Assembly (NCBI RefSeq): GCF_000016745.1
Contig: NC_009483.1
Location: 1,860,001-1,892,000, forward strand
From: Geotalea uraniireducens Rf4
GTDB lineage: Bacteria; Desulfobacterota; Desulfuromonadia; Geobacterales; Geobacteraceae
Reading direction: 5' to 3'
DNA: 32,000 nucleotides
Part shown: positions 8,410 through 17,874 of the stretch, one piece after another
Position numbering within the stretch: position 1 is the stretch's first letter
Layout of the letters: each line of letters starts with the position of its first letter
Translations under genes and position numbers: made by a program
Notes under the pieces: generated by a model
Databases searched by the model: none
What the model was told of the DNA's origin: nothing
The model's input: only the letters and a program-made list of their open reading frames with translations

Positions 8410-8703
8410 ATGAAACTTAGCGGTGCACCTAAACAAGTTGTCTGGGCAGAGAAGGTGAGGAAGGATCGATTGAAGGTTTGGCAAGAGACCTCTCCGGAAA
8501 TCTTCAAGGCCGTAGAATCGATAGTGACCCAAGAGACAAGTGCAGACTGGTGGATATCCTATAAAGACAAGGGGCTTGACGTGGTCTGTAAACATCTGCT
8601 CGGGGGGAGTCTGCAACGGCCCTCCGTTGTCCGGGGGAAGAAAACAGATCCGGCCCTGAAGAAGTCGGACAATAAGGGAAAATTTCAGGGGACCAGGAAG
8701 TAA
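8410..8703 (+). CDS. hypothetical protein (97 aa, basic C-terminus)
   Basis: ORF from ATG 8410 with no recognisable motifs. The only support is its length and its position between rluE and the RIO kinase. Confidence 0.35.
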   Translation: MKLSGAPKQVVWAEKVRKDRLKVWQETSPEIFKAVESIVTQETSADWWISYKDKGLDVVCKHLLGGSLQRPSVVRGKKTDPALKKSDNKGKFQGTRK

Positions 8704-8794
8704 AGCCTGTTCTCCTGCCCCGTCATCCGGGCTTAGACAGGAAAAAGTCCGGTAATGGTTCCCTGTTGTTCCGGAACGGTATATAATAGCGCAT

Positions 8795-9622
8795 ATGAAA
8801 ATTCCAAAAAGCTTTGAAATGTTAGTCCACAACGGCCTCGTCGACGAGGTCGTCTGTCAGCTCATGAGCGGCAAGGAAGCCGAGGTCTATGTGGTGCACT
8901 CCAAGGGTGAGATCCGCTGCGCCAAGGTGTACAAGGAAGCCGGCAAGCGGAGCTTCAGCCAGCAAGCCCAGTACCAGGAAGGTCGCAAGGTGCGGAACAG
9001 CCGCCAGGCGCGCGCCATGGAGAAGAACAGCAAGTATGGGCGGAAAGAGCAGGAGGGGGCTTGGCAGAACGCCGAAGTGGACGCCTTGCACCGCCTTGCC
9101 GCCGCCGGAGTGCGTGTGCCGCAGATCTTCAGCTACGTCGGCGGAGTGCTGCTGATGGAGCTGGTGGTTGACGCCAATGGCGACGTCGCGCCGAGGCTCA
9201 ACGATCTGAAGTTGACGGCGGCGCAGGCCCGGGAATACCACCGTGCGCTGATCAAGCAGATCGTTCTCATGCTCTGCGCCGGACTCGTCCACGGCGACCT
9301 GTCCGAGTATAACGTGCTTGCAGGCCACGACGGGCCGGTCATCATCGACCTGCCCCAGGCCGTCGACGCCGCGGGGAACAACAATGCCAGCAGGATGCTT
9401 GAGCGGGACGTGGCAAACATGACCGCCTATTTCGGCCGTTTCGCCCCCGAACTTCTGACCACCGATTACGGCAGGGAGATCTGGAAGCTCTACGCGAGCG
9501 GCGAGCTAAGCCCCGTGACCGAGCTGACCGGCCACTTTGAGCAGAGCGGCAATCCGGCCGACGTGGGCGGCGTCATGCGGGAAATCGACTCGGCGCGGCG
9601 CTGGCATGAGCGCAACCAGTAG
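8795..9622 (+). CDS. RIO1-like atypical serine protein kinase
   Basis: 275 aa: SGKEAEVY...AKVYK (ATP-binding lysine region), and LVHGDLSEYNVL and IIDLPQAV (catalytic and metal-binding loops typical of RIO kinases). Confidence 0.85.
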   Translation: MKIPKSFEMLVHNGLVDEVVCQLMSGKEAEVYVVHSKGEIRCAKVYKEAGKRSFSQQAQYQEGRKVRNSRQARAMEKNSKYGRKEQEGAWQNAEVDALHRLAAAGVRVPQIFSYVGGVLLMELVVDANGDVAPRLNDLKLTAAQAREYHRALIKQIVLMLCAGLVHGDLSEYNVLAGHDGPVIIDLPQAVDAAGNNNASRMLERDVANMTAYFGRFAPELLTTDYGREIWKLYASGELSPVTELTGHFEQSGNPADVGGVMREIDSARRWHERNQ

Positions 9623-9656
9623 TAAAACAGAAGGTTCTGCTTAAGGGGGGAGTTCC

Positions 9657-10739
9657 ATGATCATCGGTGTCCCTAAAGAGGTGAAGAAGGAGGAGTACCG
9701 GGTTGCCCTGACCCCGGCAGGAACCGCCGAGCTTGTCACGTCAGGCAACGAGGTGCTGGTGGAGACAGGTGCGGGTGAAGGCAGCGGTTTCACAGACGAT
9801 TGCTACCTGAAGAGCGGCGGCAGGGTCGTCGCTCGGGAAGAGCTTTTCCGCCGGGCGGAGCTGATCGTCAAGGTCAAGGAACCCCTTCAGCCCGAATTCG
9901 GGCTGTTCCGCGAGGGACAGGCGCTTTTTACCTATCTTCACCTGGCACCGGCCCGGGATTTGACCGAGTTCCTGATGGCGCGAAAGATAACCGCCCTTGC
10001 CTACGAAACCCTGGAAAGGGACGGCGCCCTCCCGCTTTTGGCCCCAATGAGCGAGGTTGCGGGCCGGATGGCCCCATTGGTAGCCGCATGGTGCATGCAG
10101 CGGATCATGGGCGGGGGAGGTCTGCTCCCGACCGGAGCGGTTGGGGTCCGGCCTGCCAAGGCGGTAATCCTCGGCGCGGGCACCGTCGGCTTCCAGGCCG
10201 CCCGGGTTGCGGTGGGGATCGGCATGGAAACCGTTGTCCTCAACCGGGGGGTGGAACGTCTGCAACGGGTCGATGAACTGATGGGGGGGCGGGTGCGGAC
10301 CGGCATCCTGGCGACGGAAAACATCCGCGAGGAGCTGAGGGCTGCGGATCTGGTCGTCGGGGCGGTGCTGGTTCCCGGGGGAAGGACGCCGGTCCTCATC
10401 ACCAGGGGGATGCTCGGAGAGATGAAAAAGGGTGCGGTAATCGTCGATGTGGCGGTTGACCAGGGAGGATGTGCCGAGACCACCCGTCCCACCACCCACG
10501 ACGACCCCGTCTACCTCGTGGACGGCATTGTCCATTACGCGGTCGCCAATATGCCCGGCGCCTATCCCCGTACCTCCACCCTGGCACTGACCAACGCAAC
10601 GCTGCCGTACGTGAAATTTCTTGCCGGCCGGGGGGTGGACCGGGCCATTGCGGAGGACCCTTCATTGGCAACAGCCGTGAACGTAAAGGACGGCAGAATC
10701 GTCCATCCGGCCCTTGCGGCTTCCATGGGAAGCATTTGA
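9657..10739 (+). CDS. ald: alanine dehydrogenase
   Basis: 360 aa: MIIGVPKEVKKEEYRVALTP, the Rossmann motif VILGAGTVG, and AVANMPGAYPRTST. Confidence 0.95.
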   Translation: MIIGVPKEVKKEEYRVALTPAGTAELVTSGNEVLVETGAGEGSGFTDDCYLKSGGRVVAREELFRRAELIVKVKEPLQPEFGLFREGQALFTYLHLAPARDLTEFLMARKITALAYETLERDGALPLLAPMSEVAGRMAPLVAAWCMQRIMGGGGLLPTGAVGVRPAKAVILGAGTVGFQAARVAVGIGMETVVLNRGVERLQRVDELMGGRVRTGILATENIREELRAADLVVGAVLVPGGRTPVLITRGMLGEMKKGAVIVDVAVDQGGCAETTRPTTHDDPVYLVDGIVHYAVANMPGAYPRTSTLALTNATLPYVKFLAGRGVDRAIAEDPSLATAVNVKDGRIVHPALAASMGSI

Positions 10740-10780
10740 ATCTTTCCTGGTGAGTTGCCGGGAGAACAGAGCGCACCGAC

Positions 10781-10811
10781 AAAGCCCGCTAAATGCGGGC
10801 TTTGTCGTGTT
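10781..10811 (+). terminator. rho-independent terminator after ald
   Basis: aaagcccgc-taaat-gcgggcttt followed by gtcgtgtt. Confidence 0.7.
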
Positions 10812-10896
10812 CGCATAACGAATCACAGACGCAGAAACGAACCAGTTTTATTATCAAAGATATTGCTGATGGTCACCAAACTTCCGCACTATTCTT

Positions 10897-11004
10897 CTCC
10901 CCCTCCCTCGATGGGAGGGGGCGGGGGGGAGGGTGAAAAGGAAGTTCTTCAAAAACAGCAATTTGCACCCCCACCCCAGCCCTCCCCCATCAAGGGGGAG
11001 GGAG
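10897..11004. repeat. pair of inverted G/C-rich palindromic repeats (CCCCTCCCTNGATGGGAGGGG-CNGGGGGAGGGTG type)
   Basis: 10898-10935 and the reverse complement of 10965-11003 are the same ~37-nt motif. A third copy lies at ~25938-25975. Confidence 0.7.
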
Positions 11005-11138
11005 TTTTTGGGGCTTGCGGCAGAATGGTACTAATCGCCAAGATATTCGAACGGCCGACGCGTTCTAATTGATTGTTTTGAAAAGTGTGATAATTTTAAT
11101 GTAGCTCCTTTTGCGAAACCGTTTGTCCATGACCAATC

Positions 11139-12917
11139 ATGCCCGGAAGGAAAGGACTTCACGTGGATTGGAAACCGATAAGGAAATCGCCGGAATTGCA
11201 GGCTGTTCGGCCGCATCTTCTCGATTACGAAAAGACCTGCGCCGGCTTTTCCTGGGAGGCTGTCCGCAGTGAGCTTTCCGGTTTACCGGAAGGGAAGGGG
11301 CTCAACATTGCCCACGAGGCCGTCGACCGTCAGGCAGCCGGTCCCCTGCGCGACAGGCTTGCCTTCCGCTGGCTGGGGAAAGATGGGGCGGTGCAGGACT
11401 TCACTTTCTGTGATCTTAAGGAGCAGAGCAGCCGCTTTGCCAATGTTCTCAAACGATTGGGAGTGGAGAAGGGGGAGCGGGTCTTCGTCCTTGCCGGCCG
11501 CATCCCCCCGCTCTACATCGCCGCCTTGGGCTGCCTGAAAAACATCAGCGTTTTCTGCCCGCTCTTTTCCGCCTTTGGGCCTGACCCGATCCGGCAGCGC
11601 CTCTCCAGGGGGGATGCCCGGCTCCTGGTGACCACCGAGCGGCAGTATGCGAAAAAGATCGCCGGCATCAGGGAGAGCCTGCCGCAGCTCCGCCATGTAC
11701 TCCTGACCGATATCGACGATGATCTGGACGAGACGGTCTTGTCGCTGCCGCGGCTGATGGCGGAGGCCTCCGCCGATTTCACGATCCCGCCTACCGACCC
11801 GGAAGATATGGCGGTCCTTCACTTCACGAGCGGCACCACCGGCATGCCGAAGGGGGCGGTGCTCGTACATGACGCTGTCCTCACCCACCTCGTCACCGGC
11901 CGCTATGTCATGGACTTCCATTCGGCCGACATCTTCTGGTGCACCGCCGATCCCGGCTGGGTGACCGGCAGTTCCTACGGAATCATCGCTCCTCTCCTCC
12001 ATGGCATCACCAGCATAATCGACGAGGCGGATTTCGATGCGGAGCGCTGGTACAGGATCCTTGAAGAGCAACGGGTGACGGTCTGGTACACAGCCCCCAC
12101 CGCCATACGAATGCTGATGCGCGCCGCCATCGAACCACTCAAGCGATTCGATCTCTCACCTTTGCGCCTCATCCATAGTGTCGGCGAGCCTCTCAATCCC
12201 GAGGCGGTGGTCTGGGGAGAGCGTGTCCTCGGCCTCCCCATTCACGACAACTGGTGGCAAACCGAAACCGGCGGCATTATGATCGCCAACTACGCCGCAA
12301 TGGAGATCCGTCCCGGCTCCATGGGGCGTCCCCTGCCGGGGATTGAAGCGGCTATCGTTCGGCGGGTCGACGATAGTGTTGATGTTTTGACGGAGCCGGA
12401 CGTGGAGGGGGATCTGGCGCTCAGGCCCGGCTGGCCGTCGATGTTCCGTGCCTATCTCCACGATGAAGAGCGTTACAGGAAATGCTTCGTGAGCGGCTGG
12501 TACATCACCGGCGACCTGGCGAAGCGCGATGCAGACGGCTATTACTGGTTTGTCGGCCGTGGTGACGACATCATCAAGACCTCCGGGCACATGGTCGGGC
12601 CGTTCGAGGTGGAAAGCGCGCTCATGGAGCACCCGGCGGTAGCTGAGGCAGGGGTGATCGGCAAGCCCGAGCCGATTATCGGCGAGATCGTCAAGGCCTT
12701 TGTCTGCCTGAAGCCCGGCTTCGAGCCCACCGACAAGCTCCGCCTGGAGCTTATCGGTTTCGGCCGGACCAGGCTCGGCTCGGCGGTGGCGCCCAAGGAG
12801 ATGGAATTCGTCGATTCCCTGCCAAGGACCAGGAGCGGCAAGATCATGCGCAGGCTTTTAAAGGCGCGGGAACTGGGACTGCCGGAGGGGGACACTTCTA
12901 CCCTGGAGACGGGGTGA
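11139..12917 (+). CDS. AMP-forming acyl-CoA/acetyl-CoA synthetase family (adenylate-forming enzyme)
   Basis: 592 aa: AMP-binding motifs [54 protein letters not shown] and the terminal SGKIMRR. An alternative start is GTG 11163, preceded by GGAAGGAAAGGA. Confidence 0.85.
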   Translation: MPGRKGLHVDWKPIRKSPELQAVRPHLLDYEKTCAGFSWEAVRSELSGLPEGKGLNIAHEAVDRQAAGPLRDRLAFRWLGKDGAVQDFTFCDLKEQSSRFANVLKRLGVEKGERVFVLAGRIPPLYIAALGCLKNISVFCPLFSAFGPDPIRQRLSRGDARLLVTTERQYAKKIAGIRESLPQLRHVLLTDIDDDLDETVLSLPRLMAEASADFTIPPTDPEDMAVLHFTSGTTGMPKGAVLVHDAVLTHLVTGRYVMDFHSADIFWCTADPGWVTGSSYGIIAPLLHGITSIIDEADFDAERWYRILEEQRVTVWYTAPTAIRMLMRAAIEPLKRFDLSPLRLIHSVGEPLNPEAVVWGERVLGLPIHDNWWQTETGGIMIANYAAMEIRPGSMGRPLPGIEAAIVRRVDDSVDVLTEPDVEGDLALRPGWPSMFRAYLHDEERYRKCFVSGWYITGDLAKRDADGYYWFVGRGDDIIKTSGHMVGPFEVESALMEHPAVAEAGVIGKPEPIIGEIVKAFVCLKPGFEPTDKLRLELIGFGRTRLGSAVAPKEMEFVDSLPRTRSGKIMRRLLKARELGLPEGDTSTLETG

Positions 12918-12921
12918 AACC

Positions 12922-13028
12922 GGTTCGAGGTTCGAGGTTCTAGGTTCGGGGTTCGAGGTTCTAGGTTCGAGGTTCGAGGTTTACGGTTTTGACGTAGAAC
13001 GTAGAACATAGAACATAGAACGTAGAAC
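12922..13028. repeat. in-phase heptanucleotide tandem array: 8 x GGTTCKR + 2 degenerate units + 5 x ACRTAGA
   Basis: Read directly. There are 15 consecutive 7-nt units with no phase break. The reverse complement of the second block (GTTCTAY) belongs to the same heptad family as the first (GTTCKAG). The array starts 5 nt after the synthetase stop and ends 27 nt before the E1alpha ATG. Confidence 0.9.
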
Positions 13029-13054
13029 TTTAACTAGATGTAAGAGAGCCGACC

Positions 13055-14053
13055 ATGAAGAACAAGACAAAGCAAACTGCGAAGGTCGACCGTGACCACG
13101 GACTGCGCCTCCTGCGGAAGATGCTCCTCATCCGCCGCTTCGAGGCGAAGTCGGCGGAGCTCTACAGCGCCATGAAGATTCGCGGCTTTCTCCATCTCTA
13201 CGACGGAGAAGAGGCGGTGGCGGTGGGCGTCATGGAGGCGCTCACCCCGGAAGACGCCGTGGTGGCCACCTATCGCGAGCATGGCCAAGCCCTGGCGCGA
13301 GGTGTGAGTGCCAATGCCATCATGGCCGAGATGTACGGCAAGCAGGAGGGGTGCAGCCGGGGGCGGGGCGGCTCAATGCACCTCTTCGATGCGGCCGCCC
13401 GTTTCTACGGCGGCAACGCCATCGTCGGCGGCGGGCTGCCGCTGGCCCTGGGGTTCGCCCTGGCGGATGCGATGCAGGGGAAAAAACGGGTCACCTGCTG
13501 TTTCTTCGGCGACGGGGCAACGGCCGAGGGGGTGTTTTACGAATCGCTGAACCTGGCCGCCCTCTGGCGGCTCCCGGTCCTCTTCATCCTGGAAAACAAC
13601 CTCTACGCCATGGGGACCGCCATCTGTTACGCCCATGCGGTCGCCGACATCGCGCCAAAGGCCGCCAGCCACGGAGTCCAGACCGAGATCGTCGACGGGA
13701 TGGATGTGCTGGCGGTGGAAAAGGGGGCCAGGCGGGGCGCCGAATTTGTGCGGGAGGGAAACGGCCCTTATTTCATCGAGTGTCGCACCTACCGCTTCCG
13801 CGCCCATTCCATGTTCGACGCCGAGCTCTACCGGACCAGGGCAGAGGTGGAGAAGTGGCGGAAACGGGACCCGATTGCGTCCTTTTTCGACCTCTGCAAG
13901 GAGCAGGCGGTGCTGAGCGACGCAGACATGGAGGAGCTGGAGCGTGATGTAGCGGCCGAGGTCGATGGGGCGGTGGCCTTCGCCGAGGCGGGAACCTGGG
14001 AGCCGGTGGAGGACCTGACCCGCTATGTTTATTCGGAAGGGAGGCCGCGATGA
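13055..14053 (+). CDS. TPP-dependent 2-oxoacid/acetoin dehydrogenase E1 alpha subunit
   Basis: 332 aa with the TPP motif [37 protein letters not shown] and [10 protein letters not shown]. Confidence 0.9.
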   Translation: MKNKTKQTAKVDRDHGLRLLRKMLLIRRFEAKSAELYSAMKIRGFLHLYDGEEAVAVGVMEALTPEDAVVATYREHGQALARGVSANAIMAEMYGKQEGCSRGRGGSMHLFDAAARFYGGNAIVGGGLPLALGFALADAMQGKKRVTCCFFGDGATAEGVFYESLNLAALWRLPVLFILENNLYAMGTAICYAHAVADIAPKAASHGVQTEIVDGMDVLAVEKGARRGAEFVREGNGPYFIECRTYRFRAHSMFDAELYRTRAEVEKWRKRDPIASFFDLCKEQAVLSDADMEELERDVAAEVDGAVAFAEAGTWEPVEDLTRYVYSEGRPR

Positions 14054-15051
14054 ACCCCGGGACGCAGATGGTAAAGCTCACATACCGCGAAGCGGCACGG
14101 GAGGGACTCCGCGATGCCCTTGCAAGGGATCCGCGCGTCTTCCTCATGGGGGAAGACGTGGGGCACTATGGCGGCTGCTTCGCGGTGAGCAAGGGGCTTC
14201 TGCAGGAGTTCGGCCCGGAGCGGATCCGCGATACTCCCCTGTCGGAGCTGGCCTTCACCGGCATGGGGATCGGCGCGGCCATGGGGGGGATGCGACCCAT
14301 CGTCGAGATCATGACCGTCAATTTCAGCCTCCTGGCCCTCGACCAGATTCTCAACAATGCCGCGACCCTCCTCCACATGTCGGGGGGGCAGTTTAACGTC
14401 CCCCTCGTCATCCGCATGGCGACCGGTGCAGGGAAACAGCTTGCCGCCCAGCACGCCCATTCCCTGGAGGGGTGGTACGCCCACATCCCCGGCATTCGGG
14501 TAGTGTCGCCGGCAACTCTGGCGGACGTGCGCGGCATGCTCTGGACCGCCCTTGAGGACCCGGACCCGGTCCTCATCTTCGAGAACAATACCCTCTATAC
14601 CATGGAAGGGGAACTTGCCGTCGATGCGGGACCGGTGGACATCGATCATGCCCGGGTGCTCCGGGAAGGAAGCGACGTGTCCATCATCACCTACAGCGCC
14701 AGCCTCCATAAATCCCTGGCAGCGGCTGAAACCCTTGCCGGCGAAGGGATAAGCGCCGAGGTGATCGACCTGCGCACGCTCCGCCCCCTCGACGACGCCA
14801 CCATCATGGGGTCGGTTGCCAAGACCCACCGTGCCCTGATCGTCGACGAAGGGTGGCGCAGCGGTAGCATCTCGGCCGAGATAAGCGCCCGGATCGTGGA
14901 GCAGGCCTTCTATGAGTTGGATGCCCCGGTGGAGCGGCTGTGCAGCGCCGAGGTCCCCATACCCTACGCTAGGCACATGGAGCAGGCGGCGATTCCCCAG
15001 GCGGAAACCATTGTCGCGACGGTGAAGAGGATGGTGCAGAGCCATGGCTGA
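14050..15051 (+). CDS. 2-oxoacid/acetoin dehydrogenase E1 beta subunit
   Basis: 333 aa: [45 protein letters not shown] overlap with the E1alpha stop. Confidence 0.9.
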   Translation: MNPGTQMVKLTYREAAREGLRDALARDPRVFLMGEDVGHYGGCFAVSKGLLQEFGPERIRDTPLSELAFTGMGIGAAMGGMRPIVEIMTVNFSLLALDQILNNAATLLHMSGGQFNVPLVIRMATGAGKQLAAQHAHSLEGWYAHIPGIRVVSPATLADVRGMLWTALEDPDPVLIFENNTLYTMEGELAVDAGPVDIDHARVLREGSDVSIITYSASLHKSLAAAETLAGEGISAEVIDLRTLRPLDDATIMGSVAKTHRALIVDEGWRSGSISAEISARIVEQAFYELDAPVERLCSAEVPIPYARHMEQAAIPQAETIVATVKRMVQSHG

Positions 15052-16255
15052 ATTCCGCATGCCCAGCTTGGGCGCAGACATGGAAGCGGGGACCCTGGTC
15101 GAATGGAACGTGCAGAGCGGAGACCGGGTGAAGCGGGGAGACATCATCGCCCTCGTGGAGACCGACAAGGGGCTCATCGAGGTGGAGGTCTTCGAGGACG
15201 GCGTGGTCGATAAGATTCACGTCCAGCCCGGCGCCAAGGTCCCAGTCGGAACGGCGCTGGCCTTCATCCGCGCGGAAGGCGCCGCGCCTCTACCCGCGGC
15301 GGCCGTGACCGAGCCAACACCGGCAGTTGTCGAGCCCAAGCGGGCTCCGGCGGCAGTTCCGTCTCCTCCTCTCCCGGTCACCCCACCGGGAGAACGGGTC
15401 ATCGCTTCTCCCTCGGCCCGCAAGCTGGCCGCAGAGCTCGGCGTCGATTTGACCGCGATCCATGGGAGCGGCCCCCGTGGCGCCATTCAGCGCGCCGACA
15501 TAGAGCTGGCTAGCCGGGCTGCAAAGCCCGCTCCCCCCGCTGAAAAACCGGCTCCTCCTCCGCTTCCGGAGCGCCCCGCCCCCCCGGATTACCAGGCCGG
15601 CATGCGCCGGGCCATTGCCGCGGCCATGAGCCGCTCCAACCGGGAAATCCCCCACTACTACCTGGAGATGGAGATCGATATGGAGTGCGCTCTCGCCTGG
15701 CTCGAGGGTGAGAACCTCAAACGCTCCATCAAGGACCGGCTTCTCCCTGCGGTGCTTCTCCTGAAAGCCGTGGCCAGGGCCCTTGCCGACGTGCCGGAGC
15801 TTAACGGCTACTGGCTCGACGACCGCCACCAGGTGAGTGAGGCGATCCACATCGGCTTTGCCATCTCCATGCGCCAGGGAGGGCTCATCACCCCGGCCAT
15901 CCACAACGTCGATATGCTCTCCCACGACGAGCTGATGGGAGCCATGCGCGACCTCATCACCCGCACCCGGGCAGGGAGGCTGCGCAGCTCGGAGATGACC
16001 GATGCCACCATCACGGTGACCAACCTTGGCGACCTGGGGGTAAAGACGGTCTTCGGCGTCATCTACCCACCCCAAGTAGCGCTCGTCGGCTTCGGCAGGA
16101 TCATGGAACGTCCCTGGGCGGAGAACGGCATGCTCGGCGTTCGCCGGGTCATGAGCGCTTCCCTGGCCGGCGACCACCGCGCCACCGACGGACATCGCGG
16201 CTCCCAGTTTCTGGAGGCGCTGAACAAACATCTGCAGGGGCCTGAAACATTATGA
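15044..16255 (+). CDS. dihydrolipoamide acyltransferase E2 (lipoyl domain + E3/E1-binding domain + catalytic domain)
   Basis: 403 aa: lipoyl-lysine context [12 protein letters not shown], an Ala/Pro linker, the PSBD motif [27 protein letters not shown], and the catalytic DHRATDG. 8-nt overlap with E1beta. Confidence 0.9.
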   Translation: MAEFRMPSLGADMEAGTLVEWNVQSGDRVKRGDIIALVETDKGLIEVEVFEDGVVDKIHVQPGAKVPVGTALAFIRAEGAAPLPAAAVTEPTPAVVEPKRAPAAVPSPPLPVTPPGERVIASPSARKLAAELGVDLTAIHGSGPRGAIQRADIELASRAAKPAPPAEKPAPPPLPERPAPPDYQAGMRRAIAAAMSRSNREIPHYYLEMEIDMECALAWLEGENLKRSIKDRLLPAVLLLKAVARALADVPELNGYWLDDRHQVSEAIHIGFAISMRQGGLITPAIHNVDMLSHDELMGAMRDLITRTRAGRLRSSEMTDATITVTNLGDLGVKTVFGVIYPPQVALVGFGRIMERPWAENGMLGVRRVMSASLAGDHRATDGHRGSQFLEALNKHLQGPETL

Positions 16256-16497
16256 GAGAAGCGGAACTGAAGGAAATCATATTCCGGGAGTTGCACAATG
16301 TCGCCCCCGAGGCCGACCCGGCTTCCCTAAGCCCGGAGGAGAATATCCGCGAGGCCCTCGACATCGACTCCTACGATTTCCTCCAGTTCCTCATCGCCAT
16401 CGATGAGGCGATCGGGGTGGAGATACCCGAGGCCGACTACGAGGATGTTTTTACGATGGGGGGGCTGCTGAACTACCTTTCCGTCCGGGTCCGCTGA
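16252..16497 (+). CDS. stand-alone acyl/peptidyl carrier protein (PP-binding)
   Basis: 81 aa, acidic, with an [12 protein letters not shown] helix-II-like motif carrying the candidate phosphopantetheinyl serine. ATGA overlap with the E2 stop. Confidence 0.7.
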   Translation: MREAELKEIIFRELHNVAPEADPASLSPEENIREALDIDSYDFLQFLIAIDEAIGVEIPEADYEDVFTMGGLLNYLSVRVR

Positions 16498-16536
16498 CGG
16501 AAGTTGAGGAAAGGCGGTCTGTTTGCGGAGAAATCT

Positions 16537-16902
16537 ATGCGCTATGCTGCCCTGGCCGATATGGTGGTGGTCGTCCATGCTCTGTTCGTCCTCTTCGTCG
16601 TTTTCGGCGGGGTGATTGTGCTGCGCTGTCAGCGGTTGGCGTGGCTTCATCTGCCGGCAGCCATCTGGGGGGTCGTGATAGAGCTGGGCGGATGGGTCTG
16701 TCCCCTCACTTACCTGGAAAACCATTTCCGTCGCTTGGGAGGAGAATCCGGCTACAGCGGCGCCTTCATCTCGCAGTACCTTGAACCGATTCTTTATCCG
16801 CTTGGCCTCACCCATCAGGCCCAGTGGCTGCTCGGCCTGTCGGCCTTTTTCGTCAATCTCGCGATCTATGTCCACCTCTGGCGGAGCCGCCGCAGTGAGT
16901 AA
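16537..16902 (+). CDS. small integral membrane protein (DUF2784-like)
   Basis: ~121 aa from ATG 16537 with several hydrophobic helices and a WVCPLTYLEN motif. The family assignment is from memory only. Confidence 0.6.
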   Translation: MRYAALADMVVVVHALFVLFVVFGGVIVLRCQRLAWLHLPAAIWGVVIELGGWVCPLTYLENHFRRLGGESGYSGAFISQYLEPILYPLGLTHQAQWLLGLSAFFVNLAIYVHLWRSRRSE

Positions 16903-16968
16903 AAACAGCAAAAGACATAAATAGAAGATGGGCGAACTCGCACTCCGTCAGGACCAGGAGGTTTCATT

Positions 16969-17121
16969 ATGGGAGTTTTAAAGCGTTTCGGAGAAATGTA
17001 CCGGAAGTGGAGAACAGGAGAAATCCCCCCGGGGATTTGCGATGTGTGCGGCGAAGATATGGAAGTCGACCCGGAGAGCGGTGAGCGCCATTGTCCGGTC
17101 TGTGAAAACCCGGAGCGGTAG
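16969..17121 (+). CDS. 50-aa zinc-ribbon mini-protein (CxxC...CxxC), not in the ORF track
   Basis: AGGAGG lies 8 nt upstream of ATG 16969. Translation: MGVLKRFGEMYRKWRTGEIPPGICDVCGEDMEVDPESGERHCPVCENPER*. Confidence 0.5.
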   Translation: MGVLKRFGEMYRKWRTGEIPPGICDVCGEDMEVDPESGERHCPVCENPER

Positions 17122-17204
17122 GAAGGGTGCAAACTTTCTGTTTTTTCGTGAAGTTCCATGAACCATGGATTTGACAGTATATGTTGAGTTTTCCACTCTT
17201 CTGT

Positions 17205-17233
17205 TTGACTTTTAACGCCCCTTCCATTACATT
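17205..17233 (+). promoter_or_regulatory. candidate sigma70 promoter TTGACT-17-TACATT
   Basis: ttgact 17205-17210, a 17-nt spacer and tacatt 17228-17233, ~55 nt upstream of ATG 17288. Confidence 0.3.
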
Positions 17234-17287
17234 TCCCATGCTTGGCTCTGCCAGGCACGAATTGTTTTTTTCAAAGGAGCGAGCCGG

Positions 17288-17662
17288 ATGGCCATCAACA
17301 AGTCTAAAATCGTGCTGTGGATTGTGGGATTACTGCTGTTGTCGGTTCTGGGCTTTGCCGTCTACACCTGGCTGAGCCTCACCTGGAGCTATTCCAGGGG
17401 GGATCGTGCCGGCTATGTCCAGAAATTTTCCCACAAGGGGTGGCTGTGTAAAACGTGGGAAGGCGAATTGGCGATGGTTCCCGTTCCCGGCGCCATACCT
17501 GAGAAGTTCTTTTTCAGTGTGCGGGACGATGCGCTTGCCGAGAAGATCAATCGCTCCTTGGGCAAGAGGATAGCCCTTCAATACGAACAGCACAAGGGTG
17601 TGCCCACCAACTGTTTCGGTGAGACGGAATATTACGTGACGGATATCAAGGTTGTGGAGTAA
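17288..17662 (+). CDS. hypothetical membrane-anchored protein
   Basis: 124 aa with one N-terminal TM helix (IVLWIVGLLLLSVLGFAVYTWL) and an AAGGAG RBS. Its stop codon TAA (17660-17662) overlaps the end of MITE copy B. Confidence 0.6.
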   Translation: MAINKSKIVLWIVGLLLLSVLGFAVYTWLSLTWSYSRGDRAGYVQKFSHKGWLCKTWEGELAMVPVPGAIPEKFFFSVRDDALAEKINRSLGKRIALQYEQHKGVPTNCFGETEYYVTDIKVVE

Positions 17663-17785
17663 TTCCAATTCCAAATCAAGGCGCTATCTTCGTTGGCTCG
17701 TCTTCGGCTCCTCAACGTACTATCTGTACGCCTTCGTCGCCTCACTCCTCGCCGCCTTGATATCATCCTTGATTTAAAATTGGAG
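17662..17785. repeat. 124-bp MITE-like palindromic element, copy B (inverted relative to copy A)
   Basis: Its reverse complement matches 5437-5560 with 3 substitutions. Confidence 0.8.
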
Positions 17786-17836
17786 TAACATCGCGAAGTT
17801 AAGTAAATCAGTTTTTAAGAATAATGTTGATTGTAA

Positions 17837-17874
17837 CGGCTGCTTCCTTTATTGGGGGCAGCTGTTTTCATTTT
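17837..17874 (+). terminator. possible rho-independent terminator
   Basis: cggctgc ... gcagctg stem (one G-U pair, 14-nt loop) followed by ttttcatttt. Confidence 0.35.

Noticed and set aside
10755-11072. ORFs across the G-rich repeats: 10755..11072(+), 25714..26052(+), 25791..26030(-) and 25952..26590(+).
   Set aside because: The translations (SPPPSMGGGGGEGE, PLPSPLPPGERG) are repeat artefacts. They have no RBS or family resemblance.
12922-12980. GGTTCGAGG units resemble the tRNA T-arm/T-loop consensus (GGTTCGA).
   Set aside because: No acceptor, D or anticodon arms can be drawn. The motif is a tandem heptad, not a cloverleaf.
12542-13009. 155-aa minus-strand ORF ending in SNLEPRTPNLEPRTSN.
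   Set aside because: Its N-terminal part is simply the translation of the heptanucleotide array, and the rest is antisense to the acyl-CoA synthetase 3' end.
12922-13028. Possible CRISPR array, considered also for the other repeat clusters in the window.
   Set aside because: The units are 7 nt with no spacers. No 24-48-nt repeats alternating with unique spacers and no cas genes occur anywhere in the window.
17243-17262. Possible sigma54 promoter (aGGCACGaattgTTtt) upstream of the 17288 ORF.
   Set aside because: The -12 element and spacing do not fit TGGCAC-N5-TTGC. The TTG falls one nt too close and lacks the GC.
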